Below, one piece after another: positions 1 through 10,735 of a DNA stretch of 64,000 bases. Under the pieces are notes generated by a model that was given only the letters and a program-made list of their open reading frames with translations, made no database searches and had not been told where the DNA came from. The translations under genes were made by a program, and so were the position numbers. This stretch comes from a virus: IMG/VR virus record IMGVR_UViG_3300031521_000011, positions 104,245 through 168,244 of that record; one strand, given 5' to 3'. Numbering within the stretch: position 1 is the stretch's first letter; the number at the start of each line of letters is the position of its first letter.

Positions 1-1
1 T

Positions 2-2434
2 ATGCAGGTACTCAAAAATGGCGCTGATAAGAATCCAAATGGAACTCTTGGATTTATAACGAATTTATATAATAATACCGAAGGCAGCACGGACGCAGAA
101 AAACTGAGCAATCTTACAGTAAGGGCAAACCGAACCATGCAGGAAGTCATGGGAAATCAAACCTTCCAATCAGCATATTCCGGATTGTTCAATTATAATG
201 ATGCCAGTGGTAAGTTTGAGCTTGACCAGAGTGCATATGATAGGTTTACTAGCGGGAATATGTCATATGCCGACATAATGGGTGAATCATCAAAGAAGAT
301 GACTGCATGGAGCGCGGATGGAAAGCATACCGGATTCCAGTGGCAGCAAATGGCTAACGATACCTTTATGGATCTTACGGATGTACAGAAAGGAAAACTT
401 CAAGGAACATTCTTTTCCACTGTTGGCCGTGATACGATGTTTGGTGAGACTGACCAATCTACAATCATGGCAGGCCTTGGCATAGGCTCAACTGACGCTG
501 ATAGGAAATTGTTCACTCAACTTTACGGTACCCTTGGATCTAAAGGCAATATTTATCAGAATGAGATGTCTCAAGAGGGATTCAATCAGACTATGCAGGC
601 GAAAATAGATTCTGAATCTGAAGGTCTGTGGCAGTCAATCAAAAAAGTCTTTAACACCATGTCTGATAAAATCGGAGATGCGGTTGAGCCTATGCGCAAA
701 AGCATGGAAGAGGCTGGTGTTACATGGAAAGATATTTGGAACGGAACGCATCCAACAAATCGCGTACAGTTTCAGGATCCATTAAATTTCACTGACTCAG
801 GCGCTACCGGATCAGCAGAATCGATATCCAAGTCGATGAATGCATATATCTCAGACTATCAAAAGTATGGTGGTACGACTAAGGATCTCGAATTGCTTGA
901 CCCTAAAGGACAACTCAGTGTGACTGGCGGAGGCGTTGATCAATATGGATCAAAGATGACCGGTATCATGAAAATAGAAGATATCGACTATCTTAATAAC
1001 GTCATGAACTCGAAAGCTAAAAGTACCTTCGAGCAGCATGGTGCCCTTATCCCAGCGCTTACTGTTGATGATATTGCCGCCTCAATGAATTTAACTTTCA
1101 ATGAAGGGGACGACAAGCAGTCAATAACTCAAGAGGCGATGCTCCGTAAATATTCAAAAATGATACAACAGCTTCAGGGCGGAAAGGCCAGTGGCCTCAA
1201 TGACTATGAGATCGTTGCAGGTAATCAGGCCCTTTCCACTATGTCGGATGCGCTTAAATGGATGGGCGTTGATGTGGCGCCTGTTAATAATCTAGGATAC
1301 TCTAAAGAAATGCTTGCAACACTCCAAAATCAATATGGTGGAAAGACCACAGATTACTATGGAGCCCTTAAAACACAAGCGGAGAAGTCTGCTAAATTAG
1401 ATCTTACGAATAATGGATCAGATGCTACACGAAATGCAATAAATAGCCTAACGGCCGATGTAGCTGCGACAGGAGTAGCTCAAAGTAAAGCTGAATCTGA
1501 TATTATGGCGGCCATGTCTGGATATTCAGATGCTGATTCGATTGCTGCCAGGGATCAGATTTCTAAACTTATGGACTCTATTCGCTCCGGAGATTTGGCT
1601 CCTGAAGATGCCAGAGCTCAATTTAATGCATTAAAATCATCAGGAAAAGCCAGTAGTCTTTATAGTGAAGTGTCAGACAAGTTCAACTTAGTAGCAGACA
1701 AAGCTATGGCAAAATCTTCAGGTGAAGCAATTCTCAAGACACGTAGTGAGGATAGTAGCAGGATTCTCGGGGCAATTAAAGCAGGAGGAAGTGTTGCCAG
1801 CCTCATTGGTGGAGATGCTGCATATAATAAATTACTGAGTGGTGCTACAGTTTCAACAGATAGAAACCTTGGTGATATAGCAAAGGATACTACTCAGGGT
1901 TGGTGGATGCTTGGTGGAGGTCTTGGCTATATTGCTGGAGCAATCTTCAATTCAAACACAAAGAAGACCAAAAAACTAAATGAACTGAGTCAAGAGCAGC
2001 TTTCTGCTCTCACCGATAAGGACATGAGTGGACTTGGCGGGGAAGATCTTATCGAAAATCTAAGGAGCGGTCTTCGTAATCAATTTATTGGCAATACTGT
2101 TAATCCCACAGCATGGCTACAGGACGATAAAATCAAGGCCCTACTACCAAACGCAAATGAGTTATTGAATATTGCTAACGGCGATGGTAATAAAGCCTGG
2201 TCCACCTCAGAAATAGATTCACTCGTTTCAAAAATAATGGAAGATATCTCTGCTGGCGGCGCCGGCAAAGCAGAAGACGAAAAGCAAAAAGTAGACAGTG
2301 GATCTGTAAAATCCCAAGATGATGCAATGGTTACTCTTGGACAAGAGCATCAGAAGGCACTGAGCAAATACATGGATACAGTACGTCAAGAGTTCACTGA
2401 CATACAGGGACAGATAAGCATACTTTCAAAATAA
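2..2434 (+). CDS. Tape-measure-like tail protein, C-terminal part (5' truncated by window)
   Basis: Long Ala/Gly/Ser/Asp-rich helical ORF with one hydrophobic patch (WWMLGGGLGYIAGAIF), directly upstream of tail lysin/baseplate genes; assigned by composition and position. Confidence 0.55.
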   Translation: MQVLKNGADKNPNGTLGFITNLYNNTEGSTDAEKLSNLTVRANRTMQEVMGNQTFQSAYSGLFNYNDASGKFELDQSAYDRFTSGNMSYADIMGESSKKMTAWSADGKHTGFQWQQMANDTFMDLTDVQKGKLQGTFFSTVGRDTMFGETDQSTIMAGLGIGSTDADRKLFTQLYGTLGSKGNIYQNEMSQEGFNQTMQAKIDSESEGLWQSIKKVFNTMSDKIGDAVEPMRKSMEEAGVTWKDIWNGTHPTNRVQFQDPLNFTDSGATGSAESISKSMNAYISDYQKYGGTTKDLELLDPKGQLSVTGGGVDQYGSKMTGIMKIEDIDYLNNVMNSKAKSTFEQHGALIPALTVDDIAASMNLTFNEGDDKQSITQEAMLRKYSKMIQQLQGGKASGLNDYEIVAGNQALSTMSDALKWMGVDVAPVNNLGYSKEMLATLQNQYGGKTTDYYGALKTQAEKSAKLDLTNNGSDATRNAINSLTADVAATGVAQSKAESDIMAAMSGYSDADSIAARDQISKLMDSIRSGDLAPEDARAQFNALKSSGKASSLYSEVSDKFNLVADKAMAKSSGEAILKTRSEDSSRILGAIKAGGSVASLIGGDAAYNKLLSGATVSTDRNLGDIAKDTTQGWWMLGGGLGYIAGAIFNSNTKKTKKLNELSQEQLSALTDKDMSGLGGEDLIENLRSGLRNQFIGNTVNPTAWLQDDKIKALLPNANELLNIANGDGNKAWSTSEIDSLVSKIMEDISAGGAGKAEDEKQKVDSGSVKSQDDAMVTLGQEHQKALSKYMDTVRQEFTDIQGQISILSK

Positions 2435-2450
2435 GCCGAGGTGATATAAT

Positions 2451-2783
2451 ATGACACCGGAAAGAATAATGGTCAGTCTCGCTAAATTATCAGCAGAATC
2501 CGAATCTTACAATGATGAGATACAGGGTCTGCTGAATTCAGCATACGCAAATACTAATCGGAATACTATTTCAGATCCAGTTTCCGGAGCAAAGGTGTTG
2601 TCGGAAGAGTACATCTTTACAGTATCAAATCAGGATTTCCTAAACAATATTGATAGAATAGAGTATCTGCAGTCGAAAGTACTGGAAAACTGTGCCACAG
2701 TGAAGCAGCTAATTGCTTCACTGTCAGTAACACAGTTTACGCCGGTTCAGGCTGCCGCACTATATACTTCAATCGGCGCATAG
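2451..2783 (+). CDS. Hypothetical protein, tail module
   Basis: RBS GAGGTG before ATG; tightly packed in operon. Confidence 0.6.
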   Translation: MTPERIMVSLAKLSAESESYNDEIQGLLNSAYANTNRNTISDPVSGAKVLSEEYIFTVSNQDFLNNIDRIEYLQSKVLENCATVKQLIASLSVTQFTPVQAAALYTSIGA

Positions 2784-2797
2784 CATGGAGGTATGAC

Positions 2798-4720
2798 ATG
2801 ATTTCCTATACAACGGATGTTGATGGAGCTAAATTAGAAGCCAGAATCGTAAACGGAGAACTTATAATCGTGCAAATGCTCGGATCGGTTGAAACTCCAT
2901 TCACGAACCCAAATGCATATGCAATGATAACACCTATACCAGGATGTTCGACCTTGACATGGGGTGATTTTGCAAGCCCGGCATGTATCAAGGGATGTCT
3001 CAAGACACCCGTTTCCACAAACGCCGGCATTCGGGCCAATATAACAATATTGGCTCAATCGATTGAGGCTCTCGGTAAGAAGTTGGGAGCTACTCCAGTT
3101 ATTGTTCTTGGGTGGATTACTACTGCTCATTCAAAGCACATATCATCTGATAGCGCCCAGCTGAATGATCACTTTAATGGTCTGGCTGCGGATGTGAGAT
3201 TTCTTGATTCAACCGGTAAAGATGTTGATATTAGGATGTTTTATGGTGCAGCCGTAACAATAGGTCACTACGACACCTCATCTATAGTGCCAAGTGAACC
3301 AGGTACTTTCGTAAGGCCATTCTCGGCAATACTAATTCAGTCATCATTTGTGCATTTGTCAATAAGCAGCACGGCATCAAGTCAAGCTCCAGTTGCACCT
3401 CAATACAAAGGGAGCTTTGCATCCGATTGGGCTGAAGCCATTAACGGTAAATTACTCTCCGTACCATCTGGAGTGGCAATCCCGACTTCTACAAATGCTA
3501 ATGTCTCGAAGTTGGATACCCTTGGTAGATTTGGAACATTGGGTGATATTTCAAAATATCTCAAGGTAGATGCTGCAACGTTGTATTATATGAATTTCGG
3601 ACATGCTTGCCCCATAGATACTGATCCAGCTACAGTGTCTGCAGTGCCTCTAACATCTGTTTATTATCCGAATACACCAGCCAATGCGTTCTTGCTTGGT
3701 GCAGAGACTCACCAGGCTCTTGCAGCAAACAGTGATACTATAAAGGGTGGAATTATCGCAGAGTATGCTGCTTCAAAAAGCGCCATGATGGTCATAAGTA
3801 GTGATATGGATAAATATGTTGCAGATGGCATGACATTGGCACAAGCAGCAAATGCAGAGGCTATAGCTGAAGTTTCTTCATTGAAAGGAACAGATGATAG
3901 CTATAAATCCGCAAGGACATATGTTCGCACACATGCACTGAAGTCTGTACCATATGAGCGTGCCTGTTTGGTTGTGACTACCCAAACAAAAACTACATAC
4001 ATAGATTTTGTGCTTAATCCAAACTCGCTCAATATTGGATACTCCAATGTCGTTACCCCACAAAAGACTAGCGCTGGTTGGTTTCTGTCAAGACAAGGAG
4101 GAAATCTTATCAGCATCTCATTTACCGGAAATCTATTTGATGCAGTGAATATTGAAGAAAAGCATCTATTCTTAGAGGCGTACAAGCAAAATTGTGTTGA
4201 CCAGAAAACAATGAGCGACGAGTATGTAAACGAATCTATTGTATATCTGTATATCGAAGGCGTGAAGTATACAGGATATGTTAGTTCCATAAATCTAGTG
4301 AAATCTACACAGCAGCAGGTTACCTATTCCTATTCTCTTTCCTTTATCGGTGTAGATGACACATATATGCAGTATAAAATGAAAAATGGAGATTCTACTT
4401 CTAGTGATTCTTACTTTACTGGGGATAAGAATACAGATGATGATACTGATCCGTCGCCATCTGGACATTCCACGGGGGATGTAATTATCAATCCGCCTCC
4501 GCCGTCCCATAATCCAGATCCTGTAGTTAAATTCAAAACAGCCAAGGTTACAGCTTCTTCGCTAAATGTGAGATCTGGTCCCGGGACGAATTATAAAGTC
4601 GTAAGTAGCAAGCGCAAAAATGACTCAATAACCATATACGGCACAAAAAAGCCGTGGCTTAAGATTGACAAAACAAAGAATTTGTGGCTACATGGTTCCT
4701 ATACGACTTATAAATTCTGA
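2798..4720 (+). CDS. Tail-associated protein: peptidase M15-like domain, central tail-initiator-like region, C-terminal SH3b
   Basis: NDHFNGLAADV...FVHLSI resembles M15 Zn motifs; AKVTASSLNVRSGPGTNYKVV is a typical SH3b start; Pro-rich linker. Confidence 0.7.
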   Translation: MISYTTDVDGAKLEARIVNGELIIVQMLGSVETPFTNPNAYAMITPIPGCSTLTWGDFASPACIKGCLKTPVSTNAGIRANITILAQSIEALGKKLGATPVIVLGWITTAHSKHISSDSAQLNDHFNGLAADVRFLDSTGKDVDIRMFYGAAVTIGHYDTSSIVPSEPGTFVRPFSAILIQSSFVHLSISSTASSQAPVAPQYKGSFASDWAEAINGKLLSVPSGVAIPTSTNANVSKLDTLGRFGTLGDISKYLKVDAATLYYMNFGHACPIDTDPATVSAVPLTSVYYPNTPANAFLLGAETHQALAANSDTIKGGIIAEYAASKSAMMVISSDMDKYVADGMTLAQAANAEAIAEVSSLKGTDDSYKSARTYVRTHALKSVPYERACLVVTTQTKTTYIDFVLNPNSLNIGYSNVVTPQKTSAGWFLSRQGGNLISISFTGNLFDAVNIEEKHLFLEAYKQNCVDQKTMSDEYVNESIVYLYIEGVKYTGYVSSINLVKSTQQQVTYSYSLSFIGVDDTYMQYKMKNGDSTSSDSYFTGDKNTDDDTDPSPSGHSTGDVIINPPPPSHNPDPVVKFKTAKVTASSLNVRSGPGTNYKVVSSKRKNDSITIYGTKKPWLKIDKTKNLWLHGSYTTYKF

Positions 4721-4728
4721 TAGGAGAT

Positions 4729-7700
4729 TTGTCAATGAGAACCATCGAGGCAATTCCTGGATACTTAATCTTCTTTGACGATATTAGGGTGGACCAGTTC
4801 GTTAAAAGCTTCAGTGTGAATTTATCTACTGATGGCGCAATGGGACAGGCCAGTTTTGATATGCTCTATTTGCCAGATCTAGCGTCGCAAGATTTTCGCG
4901 GTGTGGATGATGAGCTTTATAAAGTAATTGACACCATAGACAATATGACAAATGCGAAGGTGTTTATTAAAAATATCTTTTCAAACAAATATATGCAAGT
5001 ATTTGACGGCAATATAAAGGGAAAGTCAGTAACTCGGTCACCGAATGGAAACACATTGGTGTATAGCGCCATTGACTACATGGGGTGGCTTAATCGTACA
5101 ATCGTTCCACTCCAAATACCAGTGGCGCAGAGAAAATTCAACCTGGATACTCTGCGTTGGAACGCAAATGGTGTGGACATCAATAAGGTGTGGTTGATGT
5201 CTAATGATGCAACTCTTGGATTTAAGGGCAAGAATGTTAAGCAGATGATGGCGATTATCTCCAATCAGGCTCTTGCCAGCAACAAACTTTATTCACAAGA
5301 CGGAAGTGTTGCGGTATGGGATAATGCCATTGGCCGTATTGATATAATGGGTGATATTGATGCGCGTTGGCGCAATCCTGGCATTTTGGATTTCGTTATT
5401 AATCCACAACTTCAGAGCGTTCAGTCTTTCTATGTTTTTGCCAACGACCTGGTAAGCAAATTAATGTTTGAATTCTATCAGGATCGAGATGGAAAAATTC
5501 GCATCAAGCCTCCATTCTGGAATCAGCCAGTAATGAAAAGCCATATCATAGATGCCTCCATGATATTTGAAATATCTGAAAGATGTGATTGGACTCAGGG
5601 CAAAACCAGGGTCATTACCACCGGTGGAATTGAGGACATATATACTACAACAGGAAATGTTGCCGCTCAAACAATCGTTACTCCAATCAATGTGTATGTT
5701 GGCGGAGGTTTTGGTGGTAAGGCATACACTATGTCTAATGTATTTCAGGAAAATCTGTTTTCAACAGATGGTGGTACTAAGGTTATAGATGGCGGTGGAG
5801 ATTCTGTTTTCAAGAGTGTCAAGGAAAGCTTTTCATCATTAACCCTTGGTGCGCGAGCTCATGTTCAAAGGCTTGCGCTCTATAGTCGCGGAAAAATATT
5901 GAGCAGCGCTAAAATCGTTGATAATGGATATGCTGCCATCAAGAATAGCCCAACCGCAGGTCAGACAAAAAAATGGTCTGACATAAATAGTATATGGTTC
6001 TCAGATGGCGGAGTCGATACTGGAGCCAATGGACAATATTCAAAGAATATTGTCGATACATTTAACTCCATGAAGTTAATTTCGTATATAGCTGGACAAA
6101 CCGGGCCTTATGACTCAGTCGATACAACTCCATCCGGATATGATGTTGAAATTATTCCAGCCTCCGGAGACTTTACTAGCAATGGTGCGACTACACAGCA
6201 GATCGTTCAATATATTAGAAATAAGACTAATGGATTTGAGTCCATTAGTCTACCTCGTGTTGATGGAAAGAATCCGTGGTCCACCAAAGAGGCATTTGTG
6301 ACGGATTTTGTTTCACAGTATATAATTGAGGCTATAGCGGAAAAAATGACACCGGGACTCGTTATCGCCCAGGCTCTCGTATCCACCATGACCTTAACGA
6401 GTATCGATGTAACGGGTGGTCTTAAGATTATGGGAGACAGCAAGGTTGGTAGTCAACCAGAGAGAAAGCTTATCGATGGCGATATGAACTTTGCTTTCCT
6501 ATATTATATAGTAGAAAATAAAACCGGGGATACTGGCGATACTGGCGATACTGGCAATACTGGCGATACCGGAAATACAACCCCAAACAACACCAATAAA
6601 GATGTATTCACAAGCGACGGTAGCCCGAGTTCCGCCGGAGCAATGCTTGGAGCTATAATAAAATCAAGAGTTGGTGGCGGATATGTATATGCGACAGGAT
6701 ATAATGCAGTCAAGGGTAGAGCTGGAACAATTTGTACTGAATCAGTTATCCAGACGGCTGCACATAATCATCCCGTGGCATTTGCTGAAGTAATAAAGAA
6801 AGGAAAATGGAAAGGCAAGACGATCTTAGAGGTTGCTAGACAGTGGCTTGGATATGAAACATGGGATTGTTCTGGCTTGGTTACATGGGCTTGCGTACAG
6901 ATTGGTATACCCAGATCACTCGTTGGGAATTGCAATGCCATATTCCACGTAAATGGAAAGCATCCTGGTGTTTTAAAAATAATGAAGAATGCCGGTATGG
7001 GTGGGCGTATTTCAAATACTGAGCCCGTACAGGTGGGAGACTTACTGTTCTGTCTTAGTTCTAGTAGTGAATCTCACCACATTGGTATGGTTTCAGATAT
7101 ACAAGGATCCGTTAAATATGTTACTGAGGCATCCAGTACTACGTCCGGAGTTGTTCATGGTCCAATGAAGTCTACAAAATGGAGGGTATGGGCCAGATGG
7201 GACTTTACCCATACTGCAATGCGTGGCGATGCTGGAAGAGCGTATGCCCCCCCAACCAGGCTTGAAATTCCCGCGCTTACAAAGGGCGGTAAAACTGGTA
7301 CTGGCAATTCGACAGATATAGGTGATACTGGAGATACTGGAGATACAACTCCTGATGAAGAAGATGTTAGCAATGTTGCCAATCTCAGTCAATTATTGAA
7401 GTGTTCACAAGAAGAACTTCGATATGGCGCTAACGTACTTGAGGTATCTCAGCCGCTTATTCGGTTCAGTACAATGAATGCTACAGCAGTCAGTGTACAG
7501 GGAGCAGATAGTAAATCCATGAGTGCGCTTGCTGCGTATAGTAGGTTTATGTATTTTTTATCAAATTCAATGACGAGAACTGCATCAGTTAGTATGATTG
7601 GTGCTCCATGGTTGCGCCCTGGGTTTAATGCCTGGGTGGATCCAACTCATACTGATAAAATCTATTACATAAATACTGTTTCTCATAGTGGAAACCCACA

Positions 7701-8961
7701 CAGCGGAGTGACAACATCACTCGGCTTAGTAATGGGCAGAACGAGAAATGATTTCGTTAGCGATAATGCCGATGTGTTTGGGCGTTTGTCTAAGGATAAA
7801 ACCGACATTGTATTTGTTAATGAAATTTCTAAAACCGCATCAGAATTCGGCCCTGTTATAGACTCGGCTGCTGCATTCGAGTCTGTAAGGAAAAATCTGG
7901 TATCATTTCACAAGGGTGATTCTGCTGTTATAAAGGCGGATAGATGCTCAATCGCATCTTTATACATCAATGATAATAATGACTCGACTATCGATAACCA
8001 GAACACCAATGGTTACGTTGCCGATATAAGAGGAGTATCTGGAACATTGGAATCTGGAGATTATTACATTCCGGACTTTACGTCATTAAAGAGGGGCAAC
8101 TCGGGTGCGTCCGTGAAGTGGGTGCAAGAGGTTCTATCGAAAACAGGATATGATATTGGAACCATTGATGGGGTGTTCGATGAGCAGTTAGAGAAGGCAG
8201 TAAAAAGTTTCCAGAAAACATTCTCCGTAGGCACATATACTGGAATCGTTGATACAAAAACAAAAAATGCCCTACTTGGACAGTTGGCTACATACGCTAT
8301 GCTCGCATTTCCTGAACTTGGAAATGTTTATAATGTTTTCTCTAAAGACTTAAAACTTGGCGATTATCTTATTGCCGTAACAACTCTGTGCAGAATAATC
8401 AATAGGTATTTCTATAATCTATGGGGCGGCGCCAGTGAAGAAGACTCTAGTTGGCCAGATCCAGATCCCAAATACCCAAGTGCGAGACTGCCATTACCAA
8501 TGCCTGATGTACCAAATCCTAATGGCCCACCAAATTCAAAGACAGGCGAAGTACCAAGTGTTTTTGATGCTATAGTAGGAGATACCTTGAGTCATTATAT
8601 TCAAGATTTCTTCCTAAATATTCCAATAACAGGGAAACTTGATTATAAAACAAGGGCCGCTATGTTGGTGGCTATATGTTATATTGGAAATCTCGATATA
8701 AGCCGCAGGATATCAAATGAAACCGTAGATCCCAATGTGGCACCTGAGAAGATATCGGTTCCTACCGGCGCAAAGGTTACGGCAGCATACCTCGGCGGCA
8801 TGCATTCCCTGGATGATATCCAGAAGACATTGACGGCAATCTATAAGCAATCAGGCATGGGTAAGGTTATTAAGGATCGAGGTACCATTATTCGCGCCGG
8901 TTTAAGCCTCTGCAAGAAGAATGCATACAAGTATTACATCATGTCATTGAAGGGAGGATAA
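4729..8961 (+). CDS. Baseplate hub / tail-associated lysin with NlpC/P60 and peptidoglycan-binding domains
   Basis: FEFYQDRDGKIRIKPP and GAPWLRPG hub-like motifs; WDCSGLVTWA...HHIGMV NlpC/P60; LKRGNSGASVKWVQ...IDGVFD...AVKSFQ PG_binding_1; GDT linkers. Confidence 0.8.
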   Translation: MSMRTIEAIPGYLIFFDDIRVDQFVKSFSVNLSTDGAMGQASFDMLYLPDLASQDFRGVDDELYKVIDTIDNMTNAKVFIKNIFSNKYMQVFDGNIKGKSVTRSPNGNTLVYSAIDYMGWLNRTIVPLQIPVAQRKFNLDTLRWNANGVDINKVWLMSNDATLGFKGKNVKQMMAIISNQALASNKLYSQDGSVAVWDNAIGRIDIMGDIDARWRNPGILDFVINPQLQSVQSFYVFANDLVSKLMFEFYQDRDGKIRIKPPFWNQPVMKSHIIDASMIFEISERCDWTQGKTRVITTGGIEDIYTTTGNVAAQTIVTPINVYVGGGFGGKAYTMSNVFQENLFSTDGGTKVIDGGGDSVFKSVKESFSSLTLGARAHVQRLALYSRGKILSSAKIVDNGYAAIKNSPTAGQTKKWSDINSIWFSDGGVDTGANGQYSKNIVDTFNSMKLISYIAGQTGPYDSVDTTPSGYDVEIIPASGDFTSNGATTQQIVQYIRNKTNGFESISLPRVDGKNPWSTKEAFVTDFVSQYIIEAIAEKMTPGLVIAQALVSTMTLTSIDVTGGLKIMGDSKVGSQPERKLIDGDMNFAFLYYIVENKTGDTGDTGDTGNTGDTGNTTPNNTNKDVFTSDGSPSSAGAMLGAIIKSRVGGGYVYATGYNAVKGRAGTICTESVIQTAAHNHPVAFAEVIKKGKWKGKTILEVARQWLGYETWDCSGLVTWACVQIGIPRSLVGNCNAIFHVNGKHPGVLKIMKNAGMGGRISNTEPVQVGDLLFCLSSSSESHHIGMVSDIQGSVKYVTEASSTTSGVVHGPMKSTKWRVWARWDFTHTAMRGDAGRAYAPPTRLEIPALTKGGKTGTGNSTDIGDTGDTGDTTPDEEDVSNVANLSQLLKCSQEELRYGANVLEVSQPLIRFSTMNATAVSVQGADSKSMSALAAYSRFMYFLSNSMTRTASVSMIGAPWLRPGFNAWVDPTHTDKIYYINTVSHSGNPHSGVTTSLGLVMGRTRNDFVSDNADVFGRLSKDKTDIVFVNEISKTASEFGPVIDSAAAFESVRKNLVSFHKGDSAVIKADRCSIASLYINDNNDSTIDNQNTNGYVADIRGVSGTLESGDYYIPDFTSLKRGNSGASVKWVQEVLSKTGYDIGTIDGVFDEQLEKAVKSFQKTFSVGTYTGIVDTKTKNALLGQLATYAMLAFPELGNVYNVFSKDLKLGDYLIAVTTLCRIINRYFYNLWGGASEEDSSWPDPDPKYPSARLPLPMPDVPNPNGPPNSKTGEVPSVFDAIVGDTLSHYIQDFFLNIPITGKLDYKTRAAMLVAICYIGNLDISRRISNETVDPNVAPEKISVPTGAKVTAAYLGGMHSLDDIQKTLTAIYKQSGMGKVIKDRGTIIRAGLSLCKKNAYKYYIMSLKGG
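6526..6578 (+). repeat. Tandem 9-bp (G/A)ATACTGGC repeats encoding a GDT/GNT linker
   Basis: gatactggc gatactggc gatactggc aatactggc gataccgga; shorter copy at ~7321-7347. Confidence 0.8.
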
Positions 8962-8965
8962 ATTA

Positions 8966-9880
8966 TTGGGTATATATAATAAGCAACAATTTGAGAATAC
9001 CCAAAGGATTCGGAATATTGAAGGAACAACATTTGTTGATCTGGAGATTTGTCGGGTTGAGGAAATTGATTCTGAAGCTATGACACTTACCGTATCTCGT
9101 CTCTCTAACAGCACGATGCTTCGCAATATACGATTCTGTACTCCAATGAGATACCTGGATAACGGAATATTTATCATGCCCGAGGTAGGTACATTATGTG
9201 TATTGGCAACAACACGCCGGCAAGAGCTGTTTGTCATCAGTTTTTTATCGTACTCCACTCTAAAGGATACAGGTGAGGTCCTTGAACCCGGCGAGATAAT
9301 GCTTCAGTCAGTCGGAGAGGGATTCATCAAACTTGATGGATCGGGGAGAGTCGTCATTTCCTCCAGTTCTGGTAGCTTCATTCGATTCGATAAAGATGTC
9401 ATAGTCGAGGATAGCCTTGCTTTGACATCCAGAACAGCCGCGCGTGAAATACTCAGCGGCAGCATCGATGGCGTCATCCAGGACATTGAAAAATATTACA
9501 ATGCCAGCGTCTCGAGCGATGTCAGCCTGGACCAACTCGTTGGAAAAATTCTCTCCGGATATGATGTTGATGTGGATGTACCCACCCCGGTGCTCATTAT
9601 TAAGAAGGGAAATGTGCTAAAGGATAATGGGGATCCGGACAGTTTGACGTCTCCGGCGCTGCCGGCTCCCGTAAATGCATGCTGGTCTTTGGAGGTTTTC
9701 AATACAAGCACAGGAATTAGTGCATGTAAATTAATGATTGGCGTAGATGGCTCTATCCAATTGGTCGCAAATCGAGTATTATTGAAGTGTAATGAAATGG
9801 ACCTTACGGAAGTTGTGGCTATGAAGCCGGATTTCTCTAAGTGGGATTCTTACGACGATACTTATGAGGGCACCCATTAA
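8966..9880 (+). CDS. Baseplate spike (gpV/Gp5-like N-terminal OB-fold) protein
   Basis: GIFIMPEVGTLCVLA and LEPGEIMLQS...FIKLDGSGRVVI patterns; position after hub. Confidence 0.6.
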   Translation: MGIYNKQQFENTQRIRNIEGTTFVDLEICRVEEIDSEAMTLTVSRLSNSTMLRNIRFCTPMRYLDNGIFIMPEVGTLCVLATTRRQELFVISFLSYSTLKDTGEVLEPGEIMLQSVGEGFIKLDGSGRVVISSSSGSFIRFDKDVIVEDSLALTSRTAAREILSGSIDGVIQDIEKYYNASVSSDVSLDQLVGKILSGYDVDVDVPTPVLIIKKGNVLKDNGDPDSLTSPALPAPVNACWSLEVFNTSTGISACKLMIGVDGSIQLVANRVLLKCNEMDLTEVVAMKPDFSKWDSYDDTYEGTH

Positions 9881-9892
9881 GGAGGATTAGCT

Positions 9893-10735
9893 ATGCACTA
9901 CAAAGAATATGAGATCGAAAAATTGGCATTGGCCAAAAAAAAATACGACACAGATAAGGAAAAGGATCTAATAAAGAGATACAAGGATACTAAGGATCCT
10001 TTTCTTTTTACTAAAATTCTCTATGAATTCAAGCCTGTAATAGACACGGCCATTCGCAAGTCTGGAAATCAGGATGTTGGGGATTCTGCTGCAGTTAGAG
10101 GCCGGGCATATGAGGCCGTGAAGAGCGCGGTTGAGAGTTATAATCCCAATATGAACCGCAAGCCAAGCAGTCACATTCATGATACGATCTACTATGCCCT
10201 TAAGAAGGCTGGATATCGTGCACAGAACGAAGCTCGTATGGGCGAGCAGGACACAATTGACAGTGGGTATATAAACATCGCAGAAAATGTTCTGAAAAGA
10301 GAACACACTCCGATCAATACTGTCTCAATTTTAAATGAAGTCACGAAAATGAAGGGCAGCAAGGGCTTAAAGAAGATTACCACAGACCAGATCGAGAGAG
10401 TAAAGGGCATGCAGCGCCGCAGCCTATCTGGGGGAAGAATTGTCTCTGGAGAAGGAGAAGATATTCGGCTTGAGGATATTTTCAACACCGGTGGAACACG
10501 CACTACGGATATCGTCGAGGATGAATACGACAAGGACATTGTGCAGGGATTCCTTGCCAGACTCTCTCCTACAGAACGCGGTGTTGTCAAAGATAGACAT
10601 GGCCTTGGGCCAAATACTCAGCCTGAGATGTCATGGAACTATGTTGCGCTGAATAATAATCTGTCAAGTTCCTACATGGCGAAGAGGGTCTATGCAGATG
10701 CAATTCGCAAACTTAAAGATATGAGGCGTACATAA
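9893..10735 (+). CDS. Phage sigma-70-family factor (divergent)
   Basis: Region 2-like (YEAVKSAVESYNPN...SSHIHDTI) and region 4 HTH (LARLSPTERGVVKDRHGL...ADAIRKLK). Confidence 0.7.
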   Translation: MHYKEYEIEKLALAKKKYDTDKEKDLIKRYKDTKDPFLFTKILYEFKPVIDTAIRKSGNQDVGDSAAVRGRAYEAVKSAVESYNPNMNRKPSSHIHDTIYYALKKAGYRAQNEARMGEQDTIDSGYINIAENVLKREHTPINTVSILNEVTKMKGSKGLKKITTDQIERVKGMQRRSLSGGRIVSGEGEDIRLEDIFNTGGTRTTDIVEDEYDKDIVQGFLARLSPTERGVVKDRHGLGPNTQPEMSWNYVALNNNLSSSYMAKRVYADAIRKLKDMRRT

